Numbered from the stretch's first letter, positions 1 through 12,694 are shown. The stretch: DNA of 64,000 bases from Octopus sinensis (GCF_006345805.1 NC_042997.1:194866001-194930000); one strand, 5' to 3'. The notes: generated by a model from the letters alone, not told the origin. Translations and numbers: made by a program.

Positions 1-304
1 AAGAAACCGTTGAAAAAGGATGCTTAGCTTGATTTTTCACACATCCACCCACCATTATTATTTCTTCACTGTATCCACTGAAGGTAGACAGAGGGAAGGG
101 CGTCATTTTTTTTTTTTTTTCCTTTTACCCAAAGGGGAGACGCTGTCTTGAAATTTCTAATCTTTTTACCGCCTTTTGATATACAACCGTTGACAGAAGA
201 CTGAGACTCGCTTAACATATGTATTGTATACTATTCATACATTTGTATGTATGTATGAATATTTAAATTATATGTGCGAATATTAAAAATTATATATATT
301 GCAG

Positions 305-447
305 AGGTGGGAGAAAGGGATATTTTATGAGAAGGCGGGAGAGGGGACTGTTAGATTACATTTCATCCCATCCACCCCACACACATATTGGTGTAGGGTG
401 CAACTGGGCGAGGTTGATGGTATGTTTGAATTCTTGCAAAAGAGAAG
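305..447 (+). CDS. Candidate internal exon of an unidentified gene (RWEKGIFYEKAGEGTVRLHFIPSTPHTYWCRVQLGEVDGMFEFLQKR)
   Basis: ttgcag acceptor, AG|GTGAGC donor, 143 nt open frame (phase 0 to 2), protein-like composition; product not recognised. Confidence 0.6.
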
Positions 448-667
448 GTGAGCAGACATACAATCAAAGATGGAGCTAACAGTGATTATCTCATCTACTT
501 GTATTTCTATGGCTATATTGTTCAAATATGTCCATTCTAAAAAGAGGGTACAAAGGGCTTAATTGGATAAAGTGTTTTCCTAGATATGATTCACGGTGAG
601 TAATGACAGAATAGGTAGATTTAGACGGCAGAATAGAGTCTGCAATTCAGAAAAATAGAGATTATTC

Positions 668-1082
668 GGATCTTTACCTTTTGACGTACAAATTTTAAAA
701 TAATTTTTAAACAATTTCAAACTTCGGACACTGGTAGAATGTGTCATATGAAACATCTTTTACTCTTAACATTTTTGAGAAAAACTTATATTTAGGAAGT
801 TATTTCACGTTAAAGTTGTAGTGTTTCGGTAATTTCAACCAATCAATGACTGAATAAAATTACTGCTGTTTTTGTGACAAACAGCAGTAATTTTATTCAG
901 CCATTGATTGGTTGAAATTACCGAAATAGGACAACTTTAATAACTCCGTAAATATAACTTTTTCTCAAGAATGCAAAGAGTAAAACATGTTTTATATGAC
1001 ACATTCTACCAGTCCGACGTTTGAAAGTGTTTAGTTACAAAAAATTATTTTTTTAAATCTGTACGTCAAAAGGTAAAGATCC
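668..1082. mobile_element. Fully palindromic (foldback) MITE with GGATC termini
   Basis: TIR GGATCTTTACCTTTTGACGTACA at both ends; arms of about 200 bp inverted throughout; 8-bp TSD gattattc/gactattc. Confidence 0.9.
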
Positions 1083-1470
1083 GACTATTCTTGTAATATG
1101 TTCTTGGCCTCGGGTAAAATTTCGAAATTTGACGAATCCATCTGGGAAAAACAGAAACGGTTTAAATCTAAAGACTAAAACAATAATTTTAAAAATTGCA
1201 TTCCTGTGAGTTAATCAAACTGTAGGTTATTTTTCCCAACACAGATAATTTTACACTTGTTCTTAAGTACTAATATTTTGCTCTTAATAAGAAAAAGATC
1301 CCCCCACTCCTGTTGCAATGCAAAACAAGAATATAATGCTATCTGATTGATAACTTATTTCATCCACCTTGAATATGTGAAAAAAGCAGAGTCGATCTTG
1401 ATATCATTTCAACTCACAAAATCTGAATACAAAAATGGACGTTGCATAAGATTTCTTATTTGCTATTGAG

Positions 1471-1597
1471 AACACAAAATAAATTGGCAATTTGTTTGGA
1501 ACATAATTCCCTCTGCGGATCTCACGGTGACTTGATTTCACATCAAGTCTCATTAGGTTTGGATAGAAGTGACAGCATCAGAAGGGCTTTATATATG
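1471..1597 (+). CDS. Candidate exon 2 of the unidentified plus-strand gene (TQNKLAICLEHNSLCGSHGDLISHQVSLGLDRSDSIRRALYM)
   Basis: Open frame, phase 2 to 0 matching its neighbours, ATG|GTAAAG donor; acceptor is a rare GAG. Confidence 0.4.
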
Positions 1598-2438
1598 GTA
1601 AAGGGAGAGAGTATACACACACATAAAATGTACTGGGTTTAGCTTCTCAGTTGATACTCTTGGGGAAAGACATTATCATTATAATTTTAATAACTTTGCT
1701 TATACAATATGAGATTTCGCATAATAAATAGCATAGCAGACTGTAAAAACGTCCTTAGAAACTTAGGAAACCTTCAACAAAGACATAAAATGTATGTAAC
1801 TTGAAGAGGGTTGAATCTTACAAGGCAGAGGTTCCCTAAAAAAAATTTGGAGGCTTCTTATTTCTCTTTTTTTTAGAAAATGATGTTGATCAGCTTCTTC
1901 AAAATCGGTTGCTATGTTCTGTGATGCGTATTCTCTCTTAATTTTTTAATTCAGAGTAACATGAGCTCTCTTCAAAACAGAGGTTTGAGTGCCTCGATCT
2001 TTAGAAAATCGTTTGTTTCGCGAGAAAAGTTTGGGAATTACAGTATTAAATTAAGTTATAAATTTTCGTTTCTTTATAATTTCATTTCGAAATAATATTT
2101 CACTTTACCCAGTATAAAGTATAGTTTAACAAAATTAACGGGACACTTTCAGACCAAACAGAAAGTTAGTTTCGTCATGATGTGGAAGAACGCAAATGTT
2201 GAATGAAATATCCAAAAATACATATATTAAAATACTGGGTACCTTTCGACATAATAAAATAGGAATGATTTCACGACGCTATGAAGGTTTAGAATCGAAA
2301 GCAAGCGTCATATATACCACAGAGTAATTTGCTCCAATAGAATACTTTCAGTTGCTTTATCTTTTAAGATAGAAATAAACTCCAACAAGATGTTTTATAT
2401 AATCTAGTGTGGACCTGTTGCGTATTTCAAAATCGTAG

Positions 2439-2489
2439 CACGTTAAAAAAAATCTCAGACCCACTTCACCCTTCAATCACCTCTATGAG
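2439..2489 (+). CDS. Candidate exon 3 of the unidentified plus-strand gene (HVKKNLRPTSPFNHLYE)
   Basis: Strong GAG|GTAAGT donor, tag acceptor, phase 0/0; an alternative cag acceptor gives a start at 2459. Confidence 0.45.
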
Positions 2490-2709
2490 GTAAGTAGTAG
2501 AATATACAAGAAAATTGGCGAAGTGGTATAAACCTCTTTCCGACGAAGATTGCTCAAGAGTTTCAAAGGCCCTTTCATTCCGTTTCCATTGGGTGATAAA
2601 CTGAAAACACTTGGGCACTTGTTTGAAGATTTTCTAAACCTATCGCCAATTTTCTAGGTTCCCGAAAGACTAGTTTTTTTTTTGTTGTCTTTTCTTTTTC
2701 TTTTGACAG

Positions 2710-2880
2710 GAGGCGGAATTAAACAACTTAAGATATCTCACCAGGCGCTCTAACAATTATTTGAATCCACTGACCTGGAGTGGTTCTTTATCAAAATACC
2801 GCAAGAAATTCATTGTCAACCATTTCAAAGACTTGCTACCAATTTCTCAGAACGGTTCTACTCAAATATTATACCCGTAG
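2710..2880 (+). CDS. Candidate terminal coding exon of the unidentified plus-strand gene (EAELNNLRYLTRRSNNYLNPLTWSGSLSKYRKKFIVNHFKDLLPISQNGSTQILYP*)
   Basis: Long polypyrimidine tract ending gacag, 56 codons then TAG; the other two frames close quickly. Confidence 0.6.
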   Translation, partial: EAELNNLRYLTRRSNNYLNPLTWSGSLSKYRKKFIVNHFKDLLPISQNGSTQILYP

Positions 2881-3269
2881 GAATAATATTCACCTGTATG
2901 TAGGTGCACAGAATCTTCAAGTAAGTTACCTGAACATCCTGTGCACCTTCAGGTGAAATTCTGAGTAGGAAGAGACTGACTTGACCAAAATAATGTGTCT
3001 GTGTAAATCTGCCGCCAACGACCGTATGTTTTGGATTTTTTAAAAAAGATCCACCAAGCTAATCAAGCATGTACACACACACACACACAAAAAAAAAACA
3101 TTGTTGTGAATAGGAAAACAATACGCTAGGGCCGTTAAAAATAATCTAGGCATGAACCCATACGTTCAAAGAGTCACTACCTCTCTAAAGCTATTAGAAC
3201 TGAGAGAGCCCTAAAGCTTTTCAACAAGTACATGACTTGAGAAGTTGGAATTTCAACGACAATTCGTAG

Positions 3270-3660
3270 TCAGCCAAGTGATTAATTGTTCCAACTGCAG
3301 GGTTTATTGTGTTCAAGCCATTCGAAATTTTTGCTATCGTGCAAATCAAGAATCCGGTCTCAATGATGGTGCTTTGATTTGTTGCATGAGACTGACATGC
3401 GATGCAAAATCATTTTATCAAACATCAACATAGGCTATTTGAACATCATTGAGTCTGAGGTTATGTCACTCATGACTCTGCACCAACCACAGGGTTCAGA
3501 GAGCGTGCAGAATTATTTCTAAGTGAAATTACCACTGTTTGTCCCCAAGAAAATCTGGCCTTTGAACTCACCAGATCTGAATCCACGAGACTTAGATATG
3601 GAGTGTCATTGAAGAGAAAATAACTTCTGGCAGTGTCGCTACACTGAAGGCGTCCATGTC
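3270..3660 (+). mobile_element. Degenerate Tc1/mariner (maT-like) transposase fragment
   Basis: Frameshifted motifs KNPVSMMVL, HDSAP and KIWPLNSPDLNPRD matching the catalytic-domain WPxNSPDLNP. Confidence 0.75.
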
Positions 3661-3924
3661 AATAAATGAAGAGTTTCACATCTGTATTCAATTGATTATA
3701 ACTGCTGATGGTGGACATACTTAGCACTCTTGTTTTGTCATGACAAATAAGCACACGAAGTTCCATGCATCTATCTTTAATACACCATAGTTACAGGCTC
3801 TTACAACAATCTCAATTTAGCAATCCAATCCAGTAATGTGTGTGTGTGTGTGATATAATCAGGTTTACGTATGCTTTTCTATACTGTTGTGAGTTGGACG
3901 AGTCAGTTGTAACACAACCTCCCT

Positions 3925-4085
3925 CCGTTTGTGGCTGTTTGCCATATTCTGAGTGAGGCTCTACATCCAGAGATCACTCCAAGCCATTTCTTCCCACATC
4001 TTTTTCGGCCTTCCTCTTCCGCAGACTCTCATTGTTGACCCAACTATCATTATTCACGTGCATTACATATCCATACCATTACAAT
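3925..4085 (-). mobile_element. RTE LINE C-terminal fragment
   Basis: Translates GRGRPKKMWEEMAWSDL, similar to the RTE GRGRPRKTWxEVVxxDL motif. Confidence 0.6.
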
Positions 4086-5601
4086 TTTCCTATAAAGAGA
4101 CCCCTACTCCTCTGAATAAATGACTATGTTCCTAAATAAAGACCCGACACTGTGATACATATCGTTCGACAGAAATTACTCAGATGCACGATTATGGGAA
4201 TCTTTCGTTTTATGTACATATAATGACGGTTAGATCGTCCAAAATAACATCAATGTAAAAATGGCATCGGGTAAACTAAATTCAGAAGAGATTGTCCTCA
4301 GTTCCATATATATTTACTTTTGATGAAACTCCATATTCCTTCTATTCTGTTTGTATATAATGTTGAATCGTTGTGGGTGACAAAATAACGACTAGGTTAC
4401 TATGTAAATGGTTTAGCAGTTACTTTCCTTTCACTTTATCTGTCATTATATGTACGCAATACGAAAGATCGCCTACACTTTCAAATTGTGTCAACATTTT
4501 CACAGAATGAGTCGAACCGCCACCAACTAGTGAATACTCATAATAACGAAAACAAACCAACTTCATTCAGCGATCAGAAACGTCCGATTCGGTCAATCGT
4601 ATGTAGAACAGATAGTGCCACTTTAGCGCGTGGTCCGCTAACCATTTACAATTTGGCGTAATTTTAACCCTAATCCTAACGAAAATCACATCATTTCACA
4701 GCGTAAACTACGGATAGCGCGGTAGACCGCACGCTAAGTAGCATTAACATAAAGCGCGACGGGCCACGATCGTGGCCGTCAGGCACAGGTCGACAGGCCA
4801 CGATCGTGACCCAGATAGATGCATTTAATTTATGGGCGTTAGTTGAGGTCTAATCACTCAAACGCTTCGATACCCCACAGAATGCAAGAGGACTAATAGT
4901 TCAACTAATGACTTTTCAGATAATGTAAAATTTGCCACCATTATATACTAAGGAGATATTTTAACTATTTTGTGTGTGCACGGTAGTCTCATTTTCATAA
5001 AATGTGCTCAGCAATCCATACTATGTAAATGCAAATCCCAGCGCATTATGGGTTAAGCAGATATCGATTCAAGATCCGATTTAATCGTATCACAAACCTA
5101 TTCTCACACACAACCTATGCACCAACTAGAAATAATCTACAAATCTTCAGATCCAGGTTCTATCCGATCTTAGCCTTCTACTGTATTCTCGCGTAAATCC
5201 AATACCTTATGAGAAGAATTTTATAGACGGAAATTGTATCAAGCCCATTGGAAAGAATGCATCTTTAATTTAACAGATCATCTTTGTCATATAGTGTCTT
5301 GCTGATCCTATCTGAGTCAGAAAGTCTGCTGAACACACAACCTTACAGATACACAATTAAAAAGGTTATACATATATGTATGCGTATACATGTTTACATA
5401 TATGTATATGCATAATTAAAGCATGCATGAACGTTTATATATGCACATAAACATTAAAGATTGATTTCCATATGTAGACAGACGGACGGACGGATAGAGA
5501 AAGATGGACGTAAATTGATTGGTGAAAATAAAGATAGATATGGATAGATTATAGATACATGGGTGTAGAAAGACTGGTCGATATTCCTCTCATGCAAATT
5601 G

Positions 5602-6016
5602 GGATCTTTTCGGTTTGAACGGCAGTTTTTTAAAATAATTTCCACGTAACTAAACACTTTTAAACTTCGTATACTGGTAGAATGTGTTTATAAAACATCT
5701 TTTTCTCTTGGCTTTATTGAGAAAAGTCTATAGTTTCTAAGATATTTGTTGTTTTCTTTTCCTTCAATTTCTGCAATTTCAACCAATCAATGACGTCTAT
5801 TGAGGTGAAAACATTGTGCCATATGAATATGTCCCTCGTTTAAGAAACATTGGGTTTATTTACATTTCTAAAGAAGAAAAAGATACCCTTCCCCCCCTCC
5901 CCACCCTAACCCTAAAACAGATTGAAACGCAATAGATCGATTCTAGGGTCATAATTATGGGTGACAATGTCATATGACACTGCTAGAAAAAACTGCCGTT
6001 CAAACCGAAAAGATCC
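5602..6016. mobile_element. GGATC-terminus MITE, complete, with internal (TAACCC)2
   Basis: TIR of about 29 bp GGATCTTTTCGGTTTGAACGGCAGTTTTT; perfect 8-bp TSD GCAAATTG. Confidence 0.93.
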
Positions 6017-7037
6017 GCAAATTGTATTTTCATGCAACAGTTTACTCAAGTGCTCAATTAACTAAAAACTAGTTACACATGGTCTATGTTTGTCTGAACT
6101 AACGTTCATACACACGTACTATACATACACACACATGCATTCATTACGTTGGCGCAGTCGTAGCGGTGTGGACAGAAGAAACTTTCTTCCCAACCACATG
6201 GTTCCGGGTTCAGTTCCGCCGCATGGCACCTTAGGCAAGTGTCTTCTGTTATGGTATCGAGCCAAGTCTTGTGAGTGGATTTGGTAGACAGAAATTGAAA
6301 GAAGTCCGTTGTGTGTGTCTATGTGTGATCCCCGCCCATTTTGAACTTTTCAGTTCTGGATTTTCTATTTTTTTTATTCCCATGTTCGTCATTTGACTGC
6401 AGCCATGCTGGAGCACAGCCTTGAAGGGTTTTAATCAAACAAATTGACCCCAGGACTTATTTTTTAAAACCTACTAGTTATTCTATCGGTCCCTTGCCGA
6501 ACCGCTAAGTTAAGGGGACGTAAACGCACCATCACCTGTTGACAAGCTAGAAAATTTCTGACTATTCTATAGGAAAACCCATACATATTCAGAGAGAGAG
6601 AGGGTCAGACGGACAGACGGGTAGAATGTCTTGAAGTACTTGTTCCGTCCCTCTCACAGAGTTCAGATTCCGCTAAGGTAAATGTTGCCTTACATTCTTT
6701 CGTGGTCGATCAATAAAGTACTAGTCTAATACAAGAATCGAATCCTTTCTTTCTCTCTAGGAATGTACTTTAATTCACCATGTTCGACCTAGTCATCCAA
6801 TGCTTTGTTGATTCAGTGTTATGGATACACGTGTTGGAGAAATAGCCAATCACTTTCACGTTAATTACACGAACAGAAACTTATTGGGTCGATCCGAATG
6901 CTCATCGTCGAAACCGGTGAAGAATCCATAACACGTGCTCACGCATATATATAAAAACATGCACGCATACATACATAAGCACAAACACCCAGTCCATGCA
7001 GGCTTATGTATAAACATACACGCTTTCATATATATAT

Positions 7038-7435
7038 GGCGTAGGAGTGGCTGTGTGGTAAGTAGCTTGTTTACTAAGCACATGGTTCCGGGTTCAGTCC
7101 CACTGCGTGGCACCTTGGGCAAGTGTCTTCTACTATAGCCTCGGGCCGACCAAAGCCTTGTGAGTGGATTTGGTAGACGGAAACTGAAAGAAGCCCGTCG
7201 TATATATGTATGCGTGTGTGTGTTTGTGTGTCTGTGTTTGTCCCCCTAGCATTGCTTGACAACCGATGCTGGTGCGTTTATGTCCCTGTTACTTAGCGGT
7301 TCGGCAAAAAGAGACCGATAGAATAAGTACTGGGCTTACAAAAGAATAAGTCCTGGGGTCGAGTTGCTCGATTAAAGGCGGTGCTCCAGCATGGCCGCAG
7401 TCAAATGACTGAAACAAGTAAAAGAGTAAAAGAGT
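7038..7435 (+). mobile_element. tRNA-derived SINE family A, full length
   Basis: A/B-box head GGAGTGGCTGTGTGG...GGTTCAGTCCC, CORE-like CCTTGGGCAAGTGTCTT, (AAAAGAGT)n tail; many further whole or partial copies in the window. Confidence 0.9.
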
Positions 7436-8339
7436 ATATATATATATATATATATTTTTTTTTTTTTCTAGTTTCAGCTCAGAGCTGCGGTCATGCTGAT
7501 TGCACCGCTTAAAATATATATATATATACACATACATATGCATCGCATTCATGCATACACATTTATAAAACGTATATGCATTCAGATATAAACGTAGATT
7601 TATAAAGGTATATACATATATATATACATACAAAAATATATGAAATATATATATAAATACTGATGAATATATACTGATATAAACACACGGATACATGGAC
7701 ATAACATTGCTGAACATAAAAGTTACACAGGAGCTTAAAATAAAATGATACATTAATTTAATACTAAATTCGACAACAGATCTCCAAATTTAAAAAGAAT
7801 ATCACATAAACTTCGTTTTTTTTTTTCTTTTTCCTGCTTTTAAATGACAAAACTTTCAACGAACAAAAAATAAACATGAAATAAATATGAAGGTTAACGG
7901 TTCGAATCTAGTCTAAAATAGTAAATGAAAGAAATGTAATAAAGATGATTAAATTAGTTTATAATTATGATCGTTATCAGAAAAAGTTAGGCAAATAAAA
8001 CAGAAATATATATATATAAATATATAAGTATATATTCAATCTAACCTGTTGTGTGAATTTGTCCAGAAAGTAAGAGAATCAACGAACATACATTATTGTA
8101 GAGGGGATTCCCACGAACTGTTGGCTGCTGTGGGGTAAATGGTGCGTTGAGGTGAGCGCATGTATATATGTTTATATGTTACTACTAATGACATGTGTGC
8201 GTGTTTGTGTCTAGTTATGTGTGCGTGAGTTTTGCGTGTTTCGTCTGTTTTCTTTGTCTATTTCCACCGTTTTCTGTCTCGTTCTTTCACCTTCTCTCTC
8301 TCTATCTCCCTCTCTTCACTTCTGTTTCCCTTTCTCTCT

Positions 8340-8466
8340 CTTTCTGTGTGTGTGTGTGTGTGTATTATATATTTCTTTATATATAAATATATATTATATA
8401 TATATTATATATATATTTATATATTATATTTATATATATATATTATATATATATTTATATATTTAT

Positions 8467-8498
<32 letters not shown>

Positions 8499-8610
8499 TT
8501 ATTTATATATATATATATTATATATATATATATTTATTTGTAAATATAAATATATATATATATTCATATATAAATATATCTATACAAAAAATTACACACA
8601 CACACACGCG
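8340..8610. repeat. Compound (TG)n/(TA)n/(CA)n microsatellite
   Basis: Directly visible; source of several spurious ORFs. Confidence 0.95.
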
Positions 8611-9434
8611 CACATAATTTTCTTTCTCAACGGCCCTTTCTCTTCTTCTTATAACATCTTTCTCACTCAAACGCATTTTCTTTTATCTTTTTCATCCTCC
8701 TCCTTCACACTTCTCGGCAAGCTCCTCTCTCATCTCTCTCAGTCTCTCCGCTCTTCATCCACATCAATCTCTCCTTGTAATTTATTTTTTTTAATCATTT
8801 CCAACCTCACTCGGCTTCTATCTCTTCCTCATTCTCTCTCTGATCTTCTCTTATCATTTCCTTTCTTTCTCATTCAATTCACTTTATATCCCTTTCAATT
8901 ACTTCCTCTTTCTCTTTATCTCTTCCTTTCACATACATTCTCTTTGTTCTTCCCGTTGAAGTTCTTTGTCTCTTTCTTTCTCTCTCTACTTTCACTCTCT
9001 TTGTCTATTTAGTTTTTTTTTTCCCCACTCTCCATCTTTCTTTCGGGTCCACTTATTCTCTCTTTTCTTGCTTATCCCGATATTGAATTAGGAAAGGGAA
9101 CACTTTAGGGGTGTGGGCTACGTATGATGTGAATGTGTATGTATGTATGTATGCTGTATTCAAAGTTGTTTGCTTAAGTGTATACGACGTTGGGTGTCAG
9201 TATATGTATCCAGTTCCGAACAGTAACCACTATCTGAAGTATATGCTTGTATCGCTTGTTTAAGGTCATTACTTTGTGTATCTGTCTGTGTGTGTCGCCG
9301 CCACTGTCACCCTACTTCTACATGTACGTGTGTTTATTGGAGCAGTTTAATTGAGTTTATACGGTTATATATGTGTAAGTGTGTATACATATGTATAAAT
9401 ATATGCATAATAAAGTATGTATACACACATATAT

Positions 9435-9481
<47 letters not shown>

Positions 9482-10373
9482 TATATATATGTATATAAAG
9501 TTTTATATAGTTTGTTTTCGTGTCAATTTGACTGTTACGCGTATGTATGTATACAGGTATGTTAGAGTGTGCATTCAATGTTATCTGTTCAAACTTTTAT
9601 ATGTGAGCAATGTTGTTGTTACTGTTCTAGTTGGCAGAATCGTTAGTGAAGGGGAGGGGGGGACCTGCGGTCTTTGCTTCCGGCACTTTACGTTCCCAGT
9701 TCAAATCCCAACGAAGTCAACTTTACCGTTCATCCATTTAGGGGTGATGAAATAAAGTATCAATTATGTATTTAGTAGATTGTATCGACTACCTCAACCC
9801 CATTCTCTTAAAATTGTAAGCCTTATTGCCTAAATTAGAAATAATAATTATTGATTTTTAACCCGCCAGATTAGCCCTAATCAGGCAAACCTATCGCGTA
9901 AAAACTTGTCAAGCGTAGCAATCCCATCTATTATTGTTTTGTTTTTTGTTGGGTATTTTAAAATAATGAACATTGTGTTGTCACTTTTTTCAATGTTTCT
10001 AACAGACCAAATCAACGTACAGGCCACCCCTTCTGTTAAAAAAAGTTATTCCCATCTGGAACTCGCTTCCCGCCTCACTTTTTAAAAACCATTCTATCTC
10101 CAGTTTAAAAAACAAGCAAAAAATTTTATATTTTTTTTATTTTTACATCTGTCCAAATTCCGTAAGGGAAAAGCCCTGGCTTGACAATAAGCCCTACTGT
10201 TCCCAGCCCAGGTACAATTTATTAAATATTGAAGTTAAGACATTTTTATGCTTAAATGGATAATCTAGATTATGCTTAAATATACACACACATATATATA
10301 TACACACGCACATATATATACATATATATAGAAAGAGAAATGCGCTATGTATATATATATATATATATATATA

Positions 10374-10501
10374 TAGGGTGTCCCAAAAAAATGTATACAC
10401 ATAGTGGTTCGGCAAAAGAGAACGATAGAATAAGTACTAGGCTTACAAAGAATAACAAATTTACAATTATTTAATGTGTGTATACATTTTTGGGGGACAT
10501 C

Positions 10502-10504
<3 letters not shown>
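10374..10504. mobile_element. Short Tc1/mariner-type MITE containing a SINE A fragment
   Basis: TIRs of about 28 bp (C/T)AGG(G/A)TGTCCC..AAAAATGTATACACA in a TA context; 10402-10455 matches the SINE A body. Confidence 0.75.
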
Positions 10505-10563
<59 letters not shown>

Positions 10564-11029
10564 ATTTAAGCATAATCTAGAATAACATTATCGAATACGT
10601 TCTTTATTTTAGAACAGTAAGATGTGAAATGAAATTTGGCTTCTATTTCTAGCACATCGAGCGATCACGTAGAGGCTGCCCCTCGTGTTTTGTCTTAGGC
10701 GTGTGTCTGCCATTGTACATGCAACGGCATGCCTGAATGCATGGTTGGCTACATAACAGGCTATCAAACATTTTATCGGTTTCTTTGTGTCATGAAAAAA
10801 ATAATACCGGTATGTGTGTGTGTGTAATTGCCACATAGGTATAAGGCCAGAAATTTTGGAGGGAAGGTGCAGTCGATTAATATTGACCCCAATACTTAGC
10901 TGGTACTTTTTCTCGACACCAGAAGGATGAAATACGAAGTTGACTTCAGAGGGATCTGAACTCAGAGCATAAACAGACAGACAGAACAAATTCAACAGGA
11001 CATTTTGTCAGATTCGACCAGCGCATTTC

Positions 11030-11051
11030 TCTCTCTCTCTATATATATATG

Positions 11052-11082
<31 letters not shown>

Positions 11083-11293
11083 ATGTATATATATATATGT
11101 GTGTGTGTGTGTGTATATAAATATATGTGCGTGTGTATGTATATGTATATATATGTGTATATATATATATGTACGTGTGTGTGTATATATATATATATAT
11201 ATATGTACGTGTGTGTGTGTGTATATATATATATATATGTGCGTGTGTGTGTGTATATATATATGTGTGTGTGTATATATATATATGTGTGTC

Positions 11294-11342
<49 letters not shown>

Positions 11343-11345
11343 TGT
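11030..11345. repeat. Compound (CT)/(TA)/(TG) microsatellite
   Basis: Directly visible. Confidence 0.95.
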
Positions 11346-11436
11346 AGTTCACTTGAAGCATTTTAATACAAAAGTTGAATGATAAATAAAATAAGAAATA
11401 AAAAGAAAGCTTGTAACAAGGCAGAGTTTTAGAAAA

Positions 11437-11474
11437 CCCTTATATTTCGGACACAACGGCCTCTCTTCAGAAAC
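11437..11474 (-). ncRNA. Degenerate hammerhead-ribozyme-like motif
   Basis: TTT-CTGAAGA-GA-GGCC/GTCC-GAAA-TAT-A-AGG; palindromic ATAT stem III; weak stems I and II. Confidence 0.35.
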
Positions 11475-11726
11475 AATTTTTAAAAAAATTTACTGCATTG
11501 TTAGAAATTTTCTTTATTTCTCATTTTATTCATTACTACACTAACACACACACACATACATATATAATATACATATACTGTATCTCGGGAAGGTCATTAT
11601 GCCAGTAATTAACACATACGTACATATACTTAAATACATACACACTCGAAGAAGGTACATCAAATACCAACCCAGATAAATTCTGGATTTAGTGAAATCA
11701 TCTTCATTTTGAGAGAAAAAATAAAC

Positions 11727-11774
<48 letters not shown>

Positions 11775-11820
11775 GTTTATTTTTTCTCTCAATAGGAAGA
11801 TATATATATATATATATAGG

Positions 11821-11863
11821 TTATCCGATGAAATAATAAATATCCTGGAAACAGCTGTAAGAC
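11821..11863 (+). ncRNA. Decayed copy of the 12.2/12.5-kb hammerhead family
   Basis: CCGATGAA...ATATCC-TG-GAAACAGCTGTAAGAC with a homologous 3' flank; stem II and core damaged. Confidence 0.4.
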
Positions 11864-12149
11864 CTATCTATAAATGTTCTAATATCTACTCAACCTTGGT
11901 TTTTTATCTCATTACGGAAAAATTTATATATATACATATATATACTATGAGAGGTATTGGTATCCAGAAGACCCAAGATGGCAGGTAAGGTTATGTAAAT
12001 GCTACGGGAGGACCGTGGTTAGACTCTCGGTTCGATAATAATACGAATGAGGAGTCTAAAGCAGGTCTTGTGTAAGCATGTATATGTTAAATAAAATGAG
12101 ACAACAAAGCCAAGGTTGTGTGGATAGGACATTTATAAAGAGAAAGGTA

Positions 12150-12198
12150 GTCTTACAGCTGTTTCTGAGATATTAGTGATATCCCCTTCATCAGAGAC
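12150..12198 (-). ncRNA. Minimal type I hammerhead ribozyme motif (Penelope-like terminus)
   Basis: GTCT-CTGATGA-A-G-GGGATAT/ATATCTC-A-GAAA-CAGCTG-T-A-AGAC. Confidence 0.65.
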
Positions 12199-12480
12199 AA
12201 TATGAGAGAGTTAACTAGAGAGAATAGTAGAGTTCGATATAAAGAGTTATTTTGGAAAAAGATGGATATAGGAAGTATAAAAGAAAATAAGAGAATAAAA
12301 ATAAAATTAAGAATATATGTAGGATGTTACAGTCGTAGTTCTATCATCCAAGGAAAGTGGTGTGTAGAATGGGTAGAAATGCTTCTAGTCCATGGTATAT
12401 ACATTCCGATAGGAGTTCATATTTTGTCATTACAAGTGGATGGTGTAGACACATAAATTCCATATGCTGTTTCGCATATC

Positions 12481-12528
12481 GTCTCTGATGAAGGGATATC
12501 CCTAATATCCCAGAAACAGCTGTAAGAC
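12481..12528 (+). ncRNA. Minimal type I hammerhead ribozyme motif (Penelope-like terminus)
   Basis: Stem I GTCT/AGAC, core CTGATGA and GAAA, 7-bp stem II GGGATAT/ATATCCC, palindromic stem III ACAGCTGT, GUA cleavage triplet. Confidence 0.7.
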
Positions 12529-12694
12529 TATTTTTCTCTTTATAAATGTCCTATAAATTCAACACAGCCTTGGCTTTGTTGTCTCATTTTATTTAACACA
12601 CACACACGTATATATATATATATGTGACCGCGTGTGTACCGTTGGCGATTTTTTTTCCTCCGTCTTCCCTTCTCTGGCTCTTTCCTTTTCCTAT

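Larger units (their letters stand above)
12085..12599. mobile_element. Inverted pair of Penelope-like terminal repeats
   Basis: Arms at about 12085-12204 and 12475-12599 are reverse complements, each carrying a hammerhead motif; no RT or GIY-YIG ORF seen. Confidence 0.65.

Noticed and set aside
5900-5916. Interstitial telomere from (TAACCC)2
   Set aside because: Only two units, and they are an internal part of the GGATC MITE
7038-7110. tRNA genes at SINE heads (families A, B, D, F)
   Set aside because: A/B boxes are present but there is no full cloverleaf, and each continues into a multicopy SINE body
8102-8151. 50-nt segment with tag acceptor and GAG|GTGAGC donor
   Set aside because: No partner exons or recognisable peptide; all three frames open
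8195-11792. Many 60-260 aa ORFs rich in YI/CV/HT repeats
   Set aside because: Translations of TA/TG/CA microsatellites; no splice or codon evidence
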